A stretch of DNA of 64,000 bases from Podarcis vaucheri (lineage: Eukaryota): NCBI GenBank assembly GCA_965113315.1, contig OZ220365.1; one strand, 5' to 3'. Both the position numbers and the translations under genes were made by a program. Under the pieces are notes generated by a model, which did no database searches, had not been told where the DNA came from, and saw nothing but the letters and a program-made list of their open reading frames with translations. Of the stretch, positions 26,501 to 37,460 are shown piece by piece; the first letter of the stretch is position 1; every line of letters starts with the position of its first letter.

Positions 26501-29500
26501 TGATGAAAGAGGAGGACGGTGGTGTAATTTGTGTTGTGGTTGAAGCAGGGGTGGGCAGTAATCATCTAACCACCGTGATATGCTTAATGATGGGAGGTAG
26601 TTTTAAAGGAGAAGATTAGCACACTGAAGGAGGAACAAATGGATTCTGCTCCAAATGAAGGAAGATAAGAAACAGACTGAAGGATCAGCAAAGGGAGAGG
26701 GCTTACAAGCAACAGGAGGGATTATAGACTACTTGGACAGAACAAGATCTTTTGATAGTCTGCAGAACCCAATTGTTTGTTATCTGATAGAACATAAAGC
26801 CATCTATTTTTACAGATTTTGGAAGTGCACAAATGGCTGCAGGGAAGAGAGGAAGAAAACCCAGGGCATACCTATTTGTATTATGTTGGCTTTCATCCTC
26901 TATAAAAGGTAATGCTAAAATGTTAATATTTCTCTTCAGTTTTACAAACCCACAATGCTCCCAGAATGAAATATACTGTATATTAAACATGACATAATTT
27001 TATACCTGCAAAACTGTAAGAAAGCAGATTTTAACATTTTGGTCTTATCCTCTTGTGCTATAATATCCATCCTGGAAGCAGCATCAAATGCAATGCTCTA
27101 AAATAAAATTAAAAAAGAGAGAAAAATGTAAAGGGAGGAATAATGCTTCCACAAAAAAGTAGTTTGAAATAGTAAAAATGCTAACTTTGAAATAACTAAA
27201 TTATCTAAGAAAATCCAGTGCAGGAATATACATCTTTACTGTTAAGACAATTAAGACAATGTTTTCCCTCCTTACCTCATCATTTGTCTCAGCTACAGAG
27301 GAGGCTAAAGAATCCTCAATATCTTCAGGAAGCACGGTAATGTTTTCCCTGGAATGTATGGCCACCAGCCCACTTTTTCTAGTGAAAAAAATTGGAAGTC
27401 CAGCACAGGAACCTGCTCCTAAAATTCTATCACCTAAGGTAGGAAATAAACACAACACAATACAACTTCAACACCATTAATGGATATCAAACTGTGGGCT
27501 TAAGTTTGATTTGCTAAGCTATGTTATAAGCACAAGTTAAAAGGCTGCAAGGCCTGGTTTTCAGAGTTATCGAGCGAAAAAGGAACAAGACAGAGTTTAT
27601 TATAAAGTTCCTATGCCTACAATAATAACTCTACATAACACAATAGGGATTGTTCTTAAATCTAAGATTTCACTGTTAGGCCCGTAACTGCTTAAGTCAT
27701 TGAGACTTCAATTCTATACACACTTACCTGGAAGTAAGGCCAATTGATCTCAATGGGACTTACTTCTGAGTAGACATGTATAGGATTGTACTGTGAGTCA
27801 ATGGCAAGATGAATAATCACTGCTCTATCTATACCACTGCTATACCTATGACCATTTCCATAAAAGGTAAATACAGTAAGTTTTAAGAGCATAATTGTTC
27901 TGCAGAGACCCTATAAACACCCTCATTGGCTTATTAAGAGCTCCGGCTTCTTTAGGTTCTTACCTTGAATACTGAATATCATTTTCTCCTGGGGCAAAGA
28001 AATTCTTCCTGTTCCTGTTGAGCAAGCAAATACCTCCTCTTCTGTGTAAAGACAGGCAGCATGGCTGGAGAAATTTGGGACTACTAAACGACACATCAGT
28101 TCTTCAGGCTGAAATATGTTGCATTAAGAGTTAACCCCGACATTTATAAAAGCATATTACCCTCAACCAGTTAGCATGACACCTATGCGTTTGTATGAAG
28201 CCTAACGGCTTGATCCCAAAGGGGCAGGGAAAACAGGCTGAAAGTGACACATTTATGGTTGGTGTTGCCAACTCCACATAGTTTTCCATAATAGTATAAT
28301 ATGTTTAGGTTGATATCCAGCTCTAGGCTGCTAACATAAGTGTTCATGTATAAAATAAATGGTGATTGTTGTTGTTGTTGTTGTTGTTATTATTATTATT
28401 TTATACCCCCCTTTCCCCCCTTAATGCAACAGGTGAACACAGTCAGCATGATGTATTTCCAACAGTGTGTTTAGGATCAAGAGCTAATAGCTAATAAGGC
28501 ACAAAAACCCCTGTAATGCATAAGGTCAATTACCTGAAACGGTGGATTATACTGGGTGACTTCCACAATAACATTATCACATGTGGGGTAACCATTATCC
28601 TCTACTGTTATTAAAGTATAGTAGATGAGGCATGGACTGTCACCAAGATGCCAGGCTGCAGCTAAAATCACCAATCCATCACTATTTATTGGAAGACAAA
28701 AGAGATAAGCATTTGCCTTGCAAAACTGTGATCAGAAATACCAAGAAGCAAAACAAAGTTTAATAATTACCGTATTTTTCGCCCTATAGGACGCACTTTT
28801 TCTCCTCCAAAAATGAAGGGGAAATGTGTGTGCGTCCTATGGGGCGAATGCAGGCTTTCGCTGAAGTGACCCCTCTCGCCCTCCAGGCGTCAGGAAGCTA
28901 TCCGCAAGCCGTGGGAGAGCTGCACGACTTCACGCAGCTCTCCCACGGCTTGTGGAGAACTGGCTGCACCCCGAAGCCTGGGGGCGCTGAGCTCAGCGCC
29001 CCCCAGGCTTCAGGCTTCGCACAGCTCTCCCACGGCTTGTGGAGAGCTGCCTGTTCTGGGGGCTGGGGAAGCTCGGGCTTCCCCCACCCCAGCCCCGCGC
29101 CAGGGGGGGAAAAATAATTTTTTTTCTTTATTTCCCCCCAAAAAACTAGGTGTGCCCTATGGGCCGGTGCGCCCTATGGGCCGAAAAATACAGTATCTGA
29201 CAGCATTCACTTTGCTTTTCTTAGAAAATAGTATCTTAAGAATATGTACACATGCATCTTTTTACATGCTGCATGTAAGCAAATTCATTACATTTATATG
29301 CTAAGCCTTTGCATATCCCTTGGCTTTTGAAGGGAGGAGAAACCACAGAATTTCACAGAAGATCCCTGATTAAATTACAAAAATTGGCATCTTATTCTGG
29401 GTGGAGAACTTCTAAAACAAGGAAAACTCATGCTAGTAGACTTAAAAACCAAGAAGAAATTAAGTATTTTCTAAAATGTCAATTCTCGTAACAGTTCTGC

Positions 29501-32500
29501 AGCTTGAAATAACTGACCTTGACACAAAAGGACAATGTATACGCTAGTTCATAATAGGTTCCTCACTTTCTCATAAGAACTCACCGATTTTGCTGCAAAT
29601 CCAAATACTGCACGTTGACATCTCCTTTAATTTCTTCATAGTTGCTTTCAGAACCCTGTGCAAATAATAGTTATTAAATATGCTAGCAAGAAAGCAAACA
29701 CTTGTTTTACATTCCAAATGTACTGCCTCTTACCCATATTGATTCCATGATGTTTTCTTTAAGTATTCTGTTTACATCCCAGCTGACAACTTGACGCTCT
29801 GTAGTATCATCTATTTCCCATTTGTAAAGATTTAAGCTGGTCAAAGCATAAAAACGTGAACCGTTTTTGTCCCAAAGAACACTAGAAAGCTGCATTAAAC
29901 ATAAATTATAGGGGTTTAGTGTTTGATACAATAAAGTTCTCTATTTAAAGTTTTAAAGAATAAAACAGAACTGTTTAACGCCACATCTCAAAAACTAAAA
30001 ACAAGTTTCTCTGCGCTTTGCTGAAATTGGTCAGATTGGCTTTAGTGTTTCACAAATGTGAGAATTTCAAGCTAGATCAAAAACCAGTTCTGGAAGACAC
30101 AAGCGCTAACTGATAAGACTAAAGTCCATCAGTATCATGGTCAGATATTGGATACTTTTTGTAATTCTATTACTTTTTAAAGCTGATGTTGTAAGATGCT
30201 TCACTCATATGAAAGAAACTAAAAAATCCAAATACAGCATCATAATTAAGTTTAAACTATTTTAAAGACTTACTACTACATCATTGCTGGGAGACAAGAT
30301 TCCCAGCAGAGAAGAAACTCTTCGGCCTATTCCAGAAAACATGCCTTGTCCTTGTGGTAGGCCATGCTGATAAATCTTGCCACTACTGTCTGGTGTCAGC
30401 CGAATAAAATGGCTCCTTGAAGATGATAAAATAAAGCTTCCACCCTAAAAGAAAAGAAACCCCAATTTAATCCGGCCAGCTTTTTGTTGCTACTGTATTA
30501 TTATTCAGTTTTTAAAAAGAGAATACAGACTTGCTAATCCAACTCAGAGCAACATTTTATTCTGTTTTACAAATACAATGTGAGAAAAAAAGCATTTCAT
30601 CACTTATGGACAATGGTCAGTGACAGGACGCAATGCAGATTTCCCAGAATTGTTAACAAATACCCCATAAAATATATGCTCACACTTAAGTTTCTATTTT
30701 ACCTTTACAGCTGTTAGAAAACTGCAGAGAGCGCCTCCAAAGTCTGTATGGGTCTCAGTAAAAGAGCTTTCATGCACAAAGCTGGGCCAATAGCGTATTA
30801 ATCCTTCACAGGTGGCAACCATGATTGACAGAGACTTGCAAACACAGCAAATAAAAAAATGATTAAGTATTTATTCAGAATCTGAGCAACATATTTACAC
30901 CAGTTTCAAGCTTCTCATGTCATGGTTTCTAGACAAGCAGCTCTTGAAACTAATTGTGTGAAGGAATAAAAACTCATTTGTGAGGTTGTTGAAGAATGTA
31001 AAGTTATTTTAAGCTTTTTAAAAATCTGTAGTGCAGTGTGCCGTAAGATAAACAGGCTGATACAATTTATGCAGTACAAGCTACAGGCTAATTTTCTATT
31101 TATTCATTCATAAGTAAATTGTAAACAAGACCCATTTGTAAAAGTAATACTATCAGCTCTAGCAAACTGAACATTGGATTACTCCAGTTATGTCGGTTTT
31201 CTGGAAATACTGAATTAAAAACTTTCTTCTGCAAATTAGTCTAATTTGCATAGGATTTTTTTTCAGTTTGCATTGCATGCCTAAGACAATAATTTAATTT
31301 ACCGTGTTCATTTTACTTGTATTTCATTTTTTAAAGCTTTTGAAAAAAACTTGAACCTGCAAAGTTTGCCAAATATTGTACTTGAAATTGGCATCCATTG
31401 ATTGTTGCAAATGAACTTAAAATATGCTCCACATCACTTGTGATCCTGTAACAAAAGCTGCGTTTCGTTACTTTCCTAAATGATATTCCCAAAATAAATG
31501 TTAAGTTTCTCACCTGTAAAGAAGGTGCTTCACCAGAGGCATTAAGAGACGATATTGCCACTAAGCTTGAATTCCACAGATAGTCGCTAGGTGGTAACTG
31601 AAGTTCCTTACATGCAGACAACTGCAAAACACACACATCATTTTATGATGCTTCCTTTATGAGTTTCTTGAACAAAATGAAGTAGTCTATATTATCAGTT
31701 CAGTGTCTACTAAAGGCACTTTGCAAACCGCAATGGTGCAGAAGTAACAGGAAGTGGAAATTTCTGCCACAGCTAAAATGCAGTTTTTGCATTCATGAGC
31801 TAGCACAAATGTTCTGTTTTGGATGCAATGGAAAAGCATGCGAAAGAGAAGCCACGTGCTTTGTACTTCCTCCTGCATCACCAACACATCAAAGTTGCAC
31901 TAAGGCCTAGTTCTCGTATACAGCATATGAGATGGCATATGAAATGTAGATTTGACTGTACTCATGGGTAAATGGTTGAAAGCAGGAAATATCACCACTA
32001 GAGTATATTGCTAGTTTCTGACAAAACATTAGGGCTCCAATGCTAACCACACTTACCCGGAAACTCCACTGAACTCAAAACAGTCTTTTGAGGCTACTTA
32101 AAGACTCAGTGAGACAACAGAAAATAGGAAACTTATTAAGGTGAACACTAGTTTTTACTTTAGCAGAGATACCAACTCATGTAAGGTCTTAACTTTTTGC
32201 AGAGAGGACTTTAAATGTGGCAACACAGAAGTGCCCTAAGTTGATGAGGCTCATAGCAATGTCACTGTTTTGAGGTTGCTCATTTGCTACGACACTTTAT
32301 TTTGAAGATATACATTACAACAAAAACCTACAATTCTATATTTGACGTACTATATTATCTTACCTTAGCAACCGGAGATTGGCCAGTCTTCCAAATAATC
32401 AGTCTGTCTCTGTAGACTAGCCAAGCCCATCCACTTTCATCTAGATGCACATTCAAATGGTCCTCAGCTACAAGAATGAACAAAGTTTTAAATTTATCAT

Positions 32501-35500
32501 ACCCGAGGCATAGCAGAATAAGATATCCAAGTCTATATTTGAAGCCCTATACATTTTATTGAATGGCACCTACTTTACCCAGTGTTGTTTGGGGACGTAG
32601 CCCACTTAAAACCATTACCATTATGATGACTTGCTAGAACAGGTCCTTTACAGTTTGTGGGTAACGTTAAATAAAAAGCAACAATGCTAGCACATGACCC
32701 ACATGTATTTAGGTGATTTTTACCCCACCTTTTGCAAAACAGTTCCAAAGAACTTTACAATAAACACTAATAATAAGTAAAAAAACCTCAGCATATAAAA
32801 CAATAAACAAAGCTAATAAAATCAGCAGCTGAAATAAAAATAAAACAGCTGATTTTCAGTTTTCCAGCTCAATGAATGCTTCCTCTCACATATCACCTGG
32901 GTTTCTGTTCCATCCCCACAGTCAACTTGCATTTCATGGCCATTGAGCAGTTCCCACTGAGCTCTTTTTGGGGTTTCCCCCCTTTCTTTCTAAATTTTTA
33001 ATACCTACAAACCTCGGGGTTTCCCTGAGTCTGTTCTTCCGTTACGTGTGGGTGATGCCATTTTGGCAACAGAAGCAACAGCTTTCAAAGCCTGAAAATC
33101 AGAATTAGAGGGGTTGATGATGACTGTGTACCAGATAAATATGCCTGGGAAGGGAGTTCCATGACTTGGACATCACCACACTGGGGTGTGGCGAGGACCC
33201 TCTCTTTGGTGGCCTAAACTTTAAAGTAGGGGCATCTGAATAGAGACTTATGTGAAAGATCTTAACTGTGCGGGAGAAGTTATTATTCTGACTATACAGA
33301 CCATTTAGGGGTTCGATGGTCAAAACCAGACACTGAATTTAGCCTGGAATCACACTGGCAATCAGTGAAGATCTTCCAACATTGGTGTATTATGGTCATG
33401 GTAGTCAGTCAGTTACCACTCCGGCAATTGTATTCTGAACCCATTGCTTCTGGATGTTTTTAAAAGGCAGCCCCATGTTCAGTGCATTACATTACATTAA
33501 CCTGCCATAGATGTTATCAGAACATGGACAACTTTGGACAGACTATTTCTCTCCAGGCAGAGTGAAGCTTGCACAATGACTGAAGTTGGAAAAGGCATGA
33601 CATATTTCTGAACCCATCTGCACAATGATGGATCTAAGAACACCTTCAAACTTTGATTCCCACCCCCTTAAGTGGGAGTGTAAACCCATCTAAGGCAGGC
33701 TAAATTTCACATCTTTGGTTTGTTAAGCCATTACCCCATACCAGGGGTCTGCAACCTTTAAGACAAAAAGAGCCACTTGGACCCGTTTCCGAAAAAACAA
33801 CAACAACTGGGAGCCGCAAAAACATTGCAACATTTAAAACAAATATAACACTACATATATTGTTTCTGGCCTTAATGCTATATATACAGGATCGTGCAGT
33901 CAGCTGTCAATCTCAAGAAAAAAGGACAAATTAATAGCTAATTAAAATATTTAATTTACAACCAGGTAACCAGGTTAATGGGACTTTTGCTCCTGAACCT
34001 CAGTGCTCAGTGTCTGCACATCAGGGCTGTAAGACGTCACCTTCATTTTCACACAGGCTTGCAAGGTGTCATCTGTGAGGCGTGATCGGTGCTTGTTTTT
34101 AATATAGTTCATGTTGGAGAAGACCTGCTCACATACATATGTGGAAGAGACCACAAGGGCCATCGAGTCCAACCCCCTGCCAAGCAGGAAACACCATCAG
34201 AGCACTCCTGACATATGGTTGTCAAGCCTCTGCTTAAAGACCTCCAAAGAAGGAGACTCCACCACACTCCTTGGCAGCAATTCACCAAACTTTCACCTGC
34301 TTAAGTTTAAAAAGGGGCTTCAGGCAACTAACTCCACGTGGAATTCCACGCGACCGCGACTGCATAATCAATGCCACAAAATGCCAAAGAAAATTAACCA
34401 GGGCCCCAGTGAACCATAAATCATAATCAGTGCCTGATGTAAATAATAATTAATAATGAGGGCCCAATGTCATCCTCGTCATTATAAAAATAATCCCTCT
34501 CTTCGTGCCGCCCAGCCTCCCAAGAAAAAAACCCCACTTCAAACGGTCACAAAGCACAAATTCCACGCGACCGCGACTTGCTATGCCCAATAATCAATGC
34601 CCCAAAATGCCATAGAAAATTAATCAGGGCCCCAGTGTACCATAAATCATAATCAGTGCCTGATGTAAATAATAATTAATAATGAGGCATTCGTCATTAT
34701 AAAAATACAGTATTTTTCGTCCCATAGGACGCACCTAGTTTTTTGGGGGGGAAATAAAGGGAAAAAAATTTCCCTTTATTTCCCCCCCAAAAGCAGGTCG
34801 GGGAAACCAAACCAGGTCGAGGAACCGCGGGATGGCGGCGCTGCGCCTCCCTGCTGTCCCCCGAGCTTGTGGGGCTGGCCGATGCCTGCGGGGTGGCAGG
34901 CTGCTATCCGCAGCGTGGGGAGCCTTGCCAGGAAGTCCGGCAAGGCTCCCCACGCTGCGGATGTCTGCCTGGCGAGGGGGGCGCTCTGATTTAGGGCGCC
35001 CCGCCCGCCAGGCAGCAGGCTGCTATCCGCAGCGTGGGAAGCCTTGCCGGGACCTCCGGCAAGGCTCCCCACGCTGCGGATGTCTGCCTGGCGAGGGGGG
35101 CGCTCTGATTTAGGGCGCCCCGCCCACCGGGCGGCAGGCTGCTATCCGCAGCGTGGGGAGCCTTGCCGGGAAGTCCGGCAAGGCTCCCCACGCTGCGGAT
35201 GTCTGCCTGGCGAGGGGGGCGCTCTGATTTAGGGCGCCCCGCCCGCCGGGCGGCAGGCTGGTCACCTCCGCCCCTCGCCTCTGCCCCTCGCCTCCTCCCC
35301 TCGCCACCACCCCGGAGCTGCAGCAAAGGCTTTAAAGAGCCGCAGGTTGCCGACCCCCGCCCCATACCATCAATTCCTTGTCTGGAATAAGCAATATCTC
35401 ATGTATGAGTACAAGTGCTAATTTGCATATTTATATTTCAAACTTAACTGCATGCTGACTGAAACATTTATCTAGTCTAAGAACATTAGAAGGAATTAAA

Positions 35501-36892
35501 CTACTTACCATCAGCCATTCTCAATGCCTCCATAACCTTTACTGGCAGAGGTGAACCAAAGCTTTTCACATCATAGTTGATGGTTTCACTTCCTGATGGA
35601 TGATGTACAACTTTTGTGGGTGTACCTCTAAGCAAAAAGATGTATGTAATGTCATAAACATTTCCAATATTTCAGTTTCAATTGAGTAAATTGCATTAAT
35701 CCAATACCATGTTATGTTTTTCATTTTCTTGTAATTGTTTGAACAAATGTGTACCTTTTTTAAGCTATTCAACCAAATGTTTCTTAAGTTTATAGAAGCT
35801 TTCACATTTTACTTCACTTCTGCATTGTTTCTGTTGTGCAAGGGAGTGGTGCCTACTGCCTTGAAAAAGATGGTGGCGCAACCACTCCTAAAGAAACTGG
35901 CCTTGGACCCCTTGGATTGGAATAACTACTAAACAGTCACAAAAGCTGGCTCCTTGGGGCAGGTAATGTAGAAAGCTGTGGTGGTGCACCTGCAGGCATT
36001 CTTGGATGACAGATTATTTAGATCCATTCCCATCTATTTCCAGGCATGGTCATGATACAAGAGTTGGCCTTGTTTACCCCCCCCCCAATAGATAATCTTC
36101 AGAGAGCGTAACAGCAAGAGTGCAACCTGCTTCCTGCCCTCTCTGTGGCATCTGATACCAGTGACCATGGCAGCCTCCTGAACTGGCTCTGTGGCATGGG
36201 AAGCAGGGGCACTATGCCACAGCAGTTCTTGTCCTACTTTCTGGACCATGAATAGAATTGGGAGAGGGCTTTTCAGCCCTCTGGCAGTTACGGTAGGGTG
36301 TACTGCAGTTTATCCCCAATGCAATTTAATATACGGCAGTTATATGACACTTAAGCATTTGTCTTGCTTCCATCCCAATTTGTTTATATCTCTTCCCATC
36401 AAGTCATTTGTTCATCCCACAATTTGCAGTGAATTACCTCTTCACTGGCACAAAGTCAAGTTCTTTTTTAACAGTGGATTTGCTGCCCTAGGGCGACACA
36501 GCTTTTTATTCCACCTTCAGCTCAGCAAAGCTAGTCCTGGGGTGCGCTTAAATCCCTCCCACAAAACAGCGATGGCCTGGAGGCGCCCTTCAAGAGGAAA
36601 ACCAACGCGCGAGGCGGGCAGCCGATGTCCTGACGAGGGAAGGGAAGGCTCCCTACCGCGGCCGGGCTGCCGGGCTGCCGGGCAGAGCAGAGCAGGGCGG
36701 GCCCGGCCCCCTCACTCACCGCGCAGACAGAGAACTGACGCTCCTCCTGGCCACCGGCGAGAACAAAGCCGGGGAACTGAGGGACGAGGTCGCGAAGGCC
36801 TGCTGGCCCTTCCGGCTTCCACTCCGGAGGCCTCTCCGGCCCGACCCGCCGCCCGCCGCCGTGTGAGGCGAGCCGGGGGTTGAAGGGAACAT
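8442..36892 (-). CDS. NUP133: Nuclear pore complex protein Nup133, complete spliced gene, 26 coding exons, 3444 nt / ~1147 aa
   Basis: All exons are GT-AG bounded and phase-compatible, from ATG 36892 to TGA 8444-8442. Recognisable Nup133 motifs include [42 protein letters not shown] and [17 protein letters not shown]. Confidence 0.97.
8905..8993 (-). CDS. NUP133: NUP133 exon 25
   Basis: [29 protein letters not shown]. Confidence 0.93.
12867..12931 (-). CDS. NUP133: NUP133 exon 24
   Basis: [21 protein letters not shown]. Confidence 0.92.
14075..14155 (-). CDS. NUP133: NUP133 exon 23
   Basis: [27 protein letters not shown]. Confidence 0.94.
16634..16752 (-). CDS. NUP133: NUP133 exon 22
   Basis: [19 protein letters not shown]...[11 protein letters not shown]. 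Confidence 0.93.
17491..17716. mobile_element. Tigger/pogo-like MITE
   Basis: TA-CAGTGGTACCTC...GAGGTACCACTG-TA; inverted copy at 59545-59754. Confidence 0.88.
17918..18053 (-). CDS. NUP133: NUP133 exon 21
   Basis: [34 protein letters not shown]...KIE. Confidence 0.93.
19469..19627 (-). CDS. NUP133: NUP133 exon 20
   Basis: [20 protein letters not shown]...[14 protein letters not shown]. Confidence 0.94.
20172..20305 (-). CDS. NUP133: NUP133 exon 19
   Basis: [27 protein letters not shown]...FADQ. Confidence 0.94.
21330..21572 (-). CDS. NUP133: NUP133 exon 18
   Basis: [18 protein letters not shown]...[15 protein letters not shown]...SELLSPL; acceptor tctcaag. Confidence 0.88.
22853..22952 (-). 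CDS. NUP133: NUP133 exon 17
   Basis: [33 protein letters not shown]. Confidence 0.93.
23452..23574 (-). CDS. NUP133: NUP133 exon 16
   Basis: [15 protein letters not shown]...VNVNNIIK. Confidence 0.93.
24137..24361 (-). CDS. NUP133: NUP133 exon 15
   Basis: VGLFGRLG...[19 protein letters not shown]...[10 protein letters not shown]. Confidence 0.94.
24446..24537 (-). CDS. NUP133: NUP133 exon 14 (tandem AAG/CAG acceptor; may start at 24534)
   Basis: [31 protein letters not shown]. Confidence 0.85.
24652..24815 (-). CDS. NUP133: NUP133 exon 13
   Basis: [14 protein letters not shown]...[18 protein letters not shown]. Confidence 0.93.
27006..27097 (-). CDS. NUP133: NUP133 exon 12
   Basis: [30 protein letters not shown]. 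Confidence 0.92.
27276..27433 (-). CDS. NUP133: NUP133 exon 11
   Basis: [24 protein letters not shown]...SSVAETNDE. Confidence 0.93.
27706..27792. repeat. Short palindromic MITE-like repeat (decayed relatives near 695, 4740, 6996, 40361)
   Basis: CAATTCTATACA...AAGTAAG...TTGATCTCAA...CTTACTT...TGTATAGGATTG is self-complementary. Confidence 0.6.
27964..28108 (-). CDS. NUP133: NUP133 exon 10
   Basis: [15 protein letters not shown]...[22 protein letters not shown]. Confidence 0.92.
28366..28401. repeat. Compound microsatellite (GTT)n(ATT)n
   Basis: Direct reading. Confidence 0.9.
28534..28681 (-). CDS. NUP133: NUP133 exon 9
   Basis: [23 protein letters not shown]...VTQYNPPFQ. Confidence 0.93.
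28770..29193. mobile_element. Tc1/mariner(pogo)-type MITE with GC-rich interior
   Basis: TIRs CCGTATTTTTCG / CGAAAAATACAG flanked by TA; same family as 62691-63343 in the opposite orientation. Confidence 0.85.
29585..29655 (-). CDS. NUP133: NUP133 exon 8
   Basis: [23 protein letters not shown]. Confidence 0.93.
29734..29889 (-). CDS. NUP133: NUP133 exon 7
   Basis: [28 protein letters not shown]...ESIW. Confidence 0.93.
30274..30444 (-). CDS. NUP133: NUP133 exon 6
   Basis: GGSFILSSS...[29 protein letters not shown]. Confidence 0.93.
30703..30834 (-). CDS. NUP133: NUP133 exon 5
   Basis: [19 protein letters not shown]...CSFLTAVK. Confidence 0.9.
31514..31621 (-). CDS. NUP133: NUP133 exon 4
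   Basis: [36 protein letters not shown]. Confidence 0.93.
32364..32467 (-). CDS. NUP133: NUP133 exon 3
   Basis: [34 protein letters not shown]. Confidence 0.93.
33120..33720 (-). mobile_element. Degenerate L2-like LINE fragment
   Basis: GGGAGTTCCATG..., TTTAGGGGTT...CAGACACTGAATTTAGCCTGGAA...GGCAGCCCCATG motifs; boundaries approximate. Confidence 0.5.
33975..34146 (-). pseudogene. hAT transposase C-terminal (dimerisation domain) remnant
   Basis: [56 protein letters not shown] matches the STY.CE..FS.M..IK.K.RSRL motif of Charlie/Buster transposases. Confidence 0.88.
34143..34280 (-). mobile_element. CR1 LINE 3' fragment inside the hAT element
   Basis: GGAAGAGACCACAAGGGCCATCGAGTCCAACCCCCTGC...GCCTCTGCTTAAAGACCTCCAAAGAAGGAGA, similar to the CR1 end at 56617. 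Confidence 0.75.
34895..35260. repeat. GC-rich minisatellite, 3 x 119 bp, each unit with a long internal palindrome
   Basis: Units start at 34895, 35014 and 35133; core ATCCGCAGCGTGGGGAGCCTTGCC-GGAAGTCC-GGCAAGGCTCCCCACGCTGCGGAT. Confidence 0.9.
35509..35627 (-). CDS. NUP133: NUP133 exon 2
   Basis: [39 protein letters not shown]; AG/GT bounded. Confidence 0.93.
35840..36330 (+). mobile_element. Degenerate L2-like LINE reverse transcriptase fragment
   Basis: Decayed translation [16 protein letters not shown]...LQAFLD...YLDPF resembles the LINE reverse transcriptase entry region; many frameshifts. Confidence 0.55.
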
Positions 36893-37210
36893 CGCGAGCT
36901 CAGCGAGAAGAGCCCGAAGGCTTCGCAAAACACAGCAGCAGCGGCGGCGGCGGCAGCGGCACTCAGGAAACTCGCGCGCTGCGGGCGCCCCCGTTTGACG
37001 TGCCGGCTTGCTGGCGCGTCGGATTTGCGTCACCCATGCCCCACCACGAAGGGGATTGGCTGAAGAGCCCTTTTTTTCTGTCGCGTCAGAAAGGCGGGAA
37101 GTTCCGTTATTTACGTATGGGAGAGAGCGGAGGGAGGAATCACGTGGTTAGTATGAAAAGCGTTTATTCGCGGGCGAGGACTCGAGAATATTTTTAAACG
37201 CCCGTTCTCT
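36570..37210 (-). promoter_or_regulatory. NUP133 CpG-island promoter with CRE-like, CCAAT, E2F/GC-box and E-box motifs
   Basis: CpG-rich. TGACGTG 36996-37002, TGCGTCA 37026-37032, ATTGG 37055-37059, GGCGGGAA 37093-37100, CACGTG 37141-37146. No TATA seen. Confidence 0.75.
36720..36892 (-). CDS. NUP133: NUP133 exon 1 (coding part)
   Basis: [10 protein letters not shown]...[19 protein letters not shown]; donor GTGAGT. Confidence 0.92.
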
Positions 37211-37441
37211 CAGTGATGTGCTTATCACTTTAAAAGTTTTATGCCCCACATCTTCCTTCTAAGACTTAAGTTTGCATGGCAAGTAGCAAGACAAATCAGA
37301 GGAATGTGGGTGCATTTAGCGGGTGGGGGTTGAAACGGGTAATTTAAATCTATTTTAGCATTTTAACTGGTGTATGTTTTAAAGTATAGTTGTGGACCCC
37401 CCCCCCTATTTTACTGTATTTATTTTACAATCAGAATTTAT

Positions 37442-37460
37442 TAAATAAATAAATAAATAA
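37442..37460. repeat. (TAAA)n microsatellite
   Basis: Direct reading. Confidence 0.85.

Larger units (their letters stand above)
33742..35359 (-). mobile_element. Non-autonomous mosaic hAT (Charlie/Buster-like) element in NUP133 intron 2
   Basis: TIRs CAGGGGTCTGCAACCT / AGGTTGCCGACCCCCG; perfect 8-bp TSD CCCCATAC at 33734-33741 and 35360-35367; contains a transposase C-terminal remnant. Confidence 0.88.

Noticed and set aside
34735-35390. Repetitive ORFs (ARLPTLR...) and a CRISPR-like look
   Set aside because: Translations of a 119-bp minisatellite; there are no unique spacers or cas genes and the context is eukaryotic.
36191-36883. 230-aa plus-strand ORF
   Set aside because: Antisense to NUP133 exon 1, running through the CpG island and a LINE remnant; no family resemblance.
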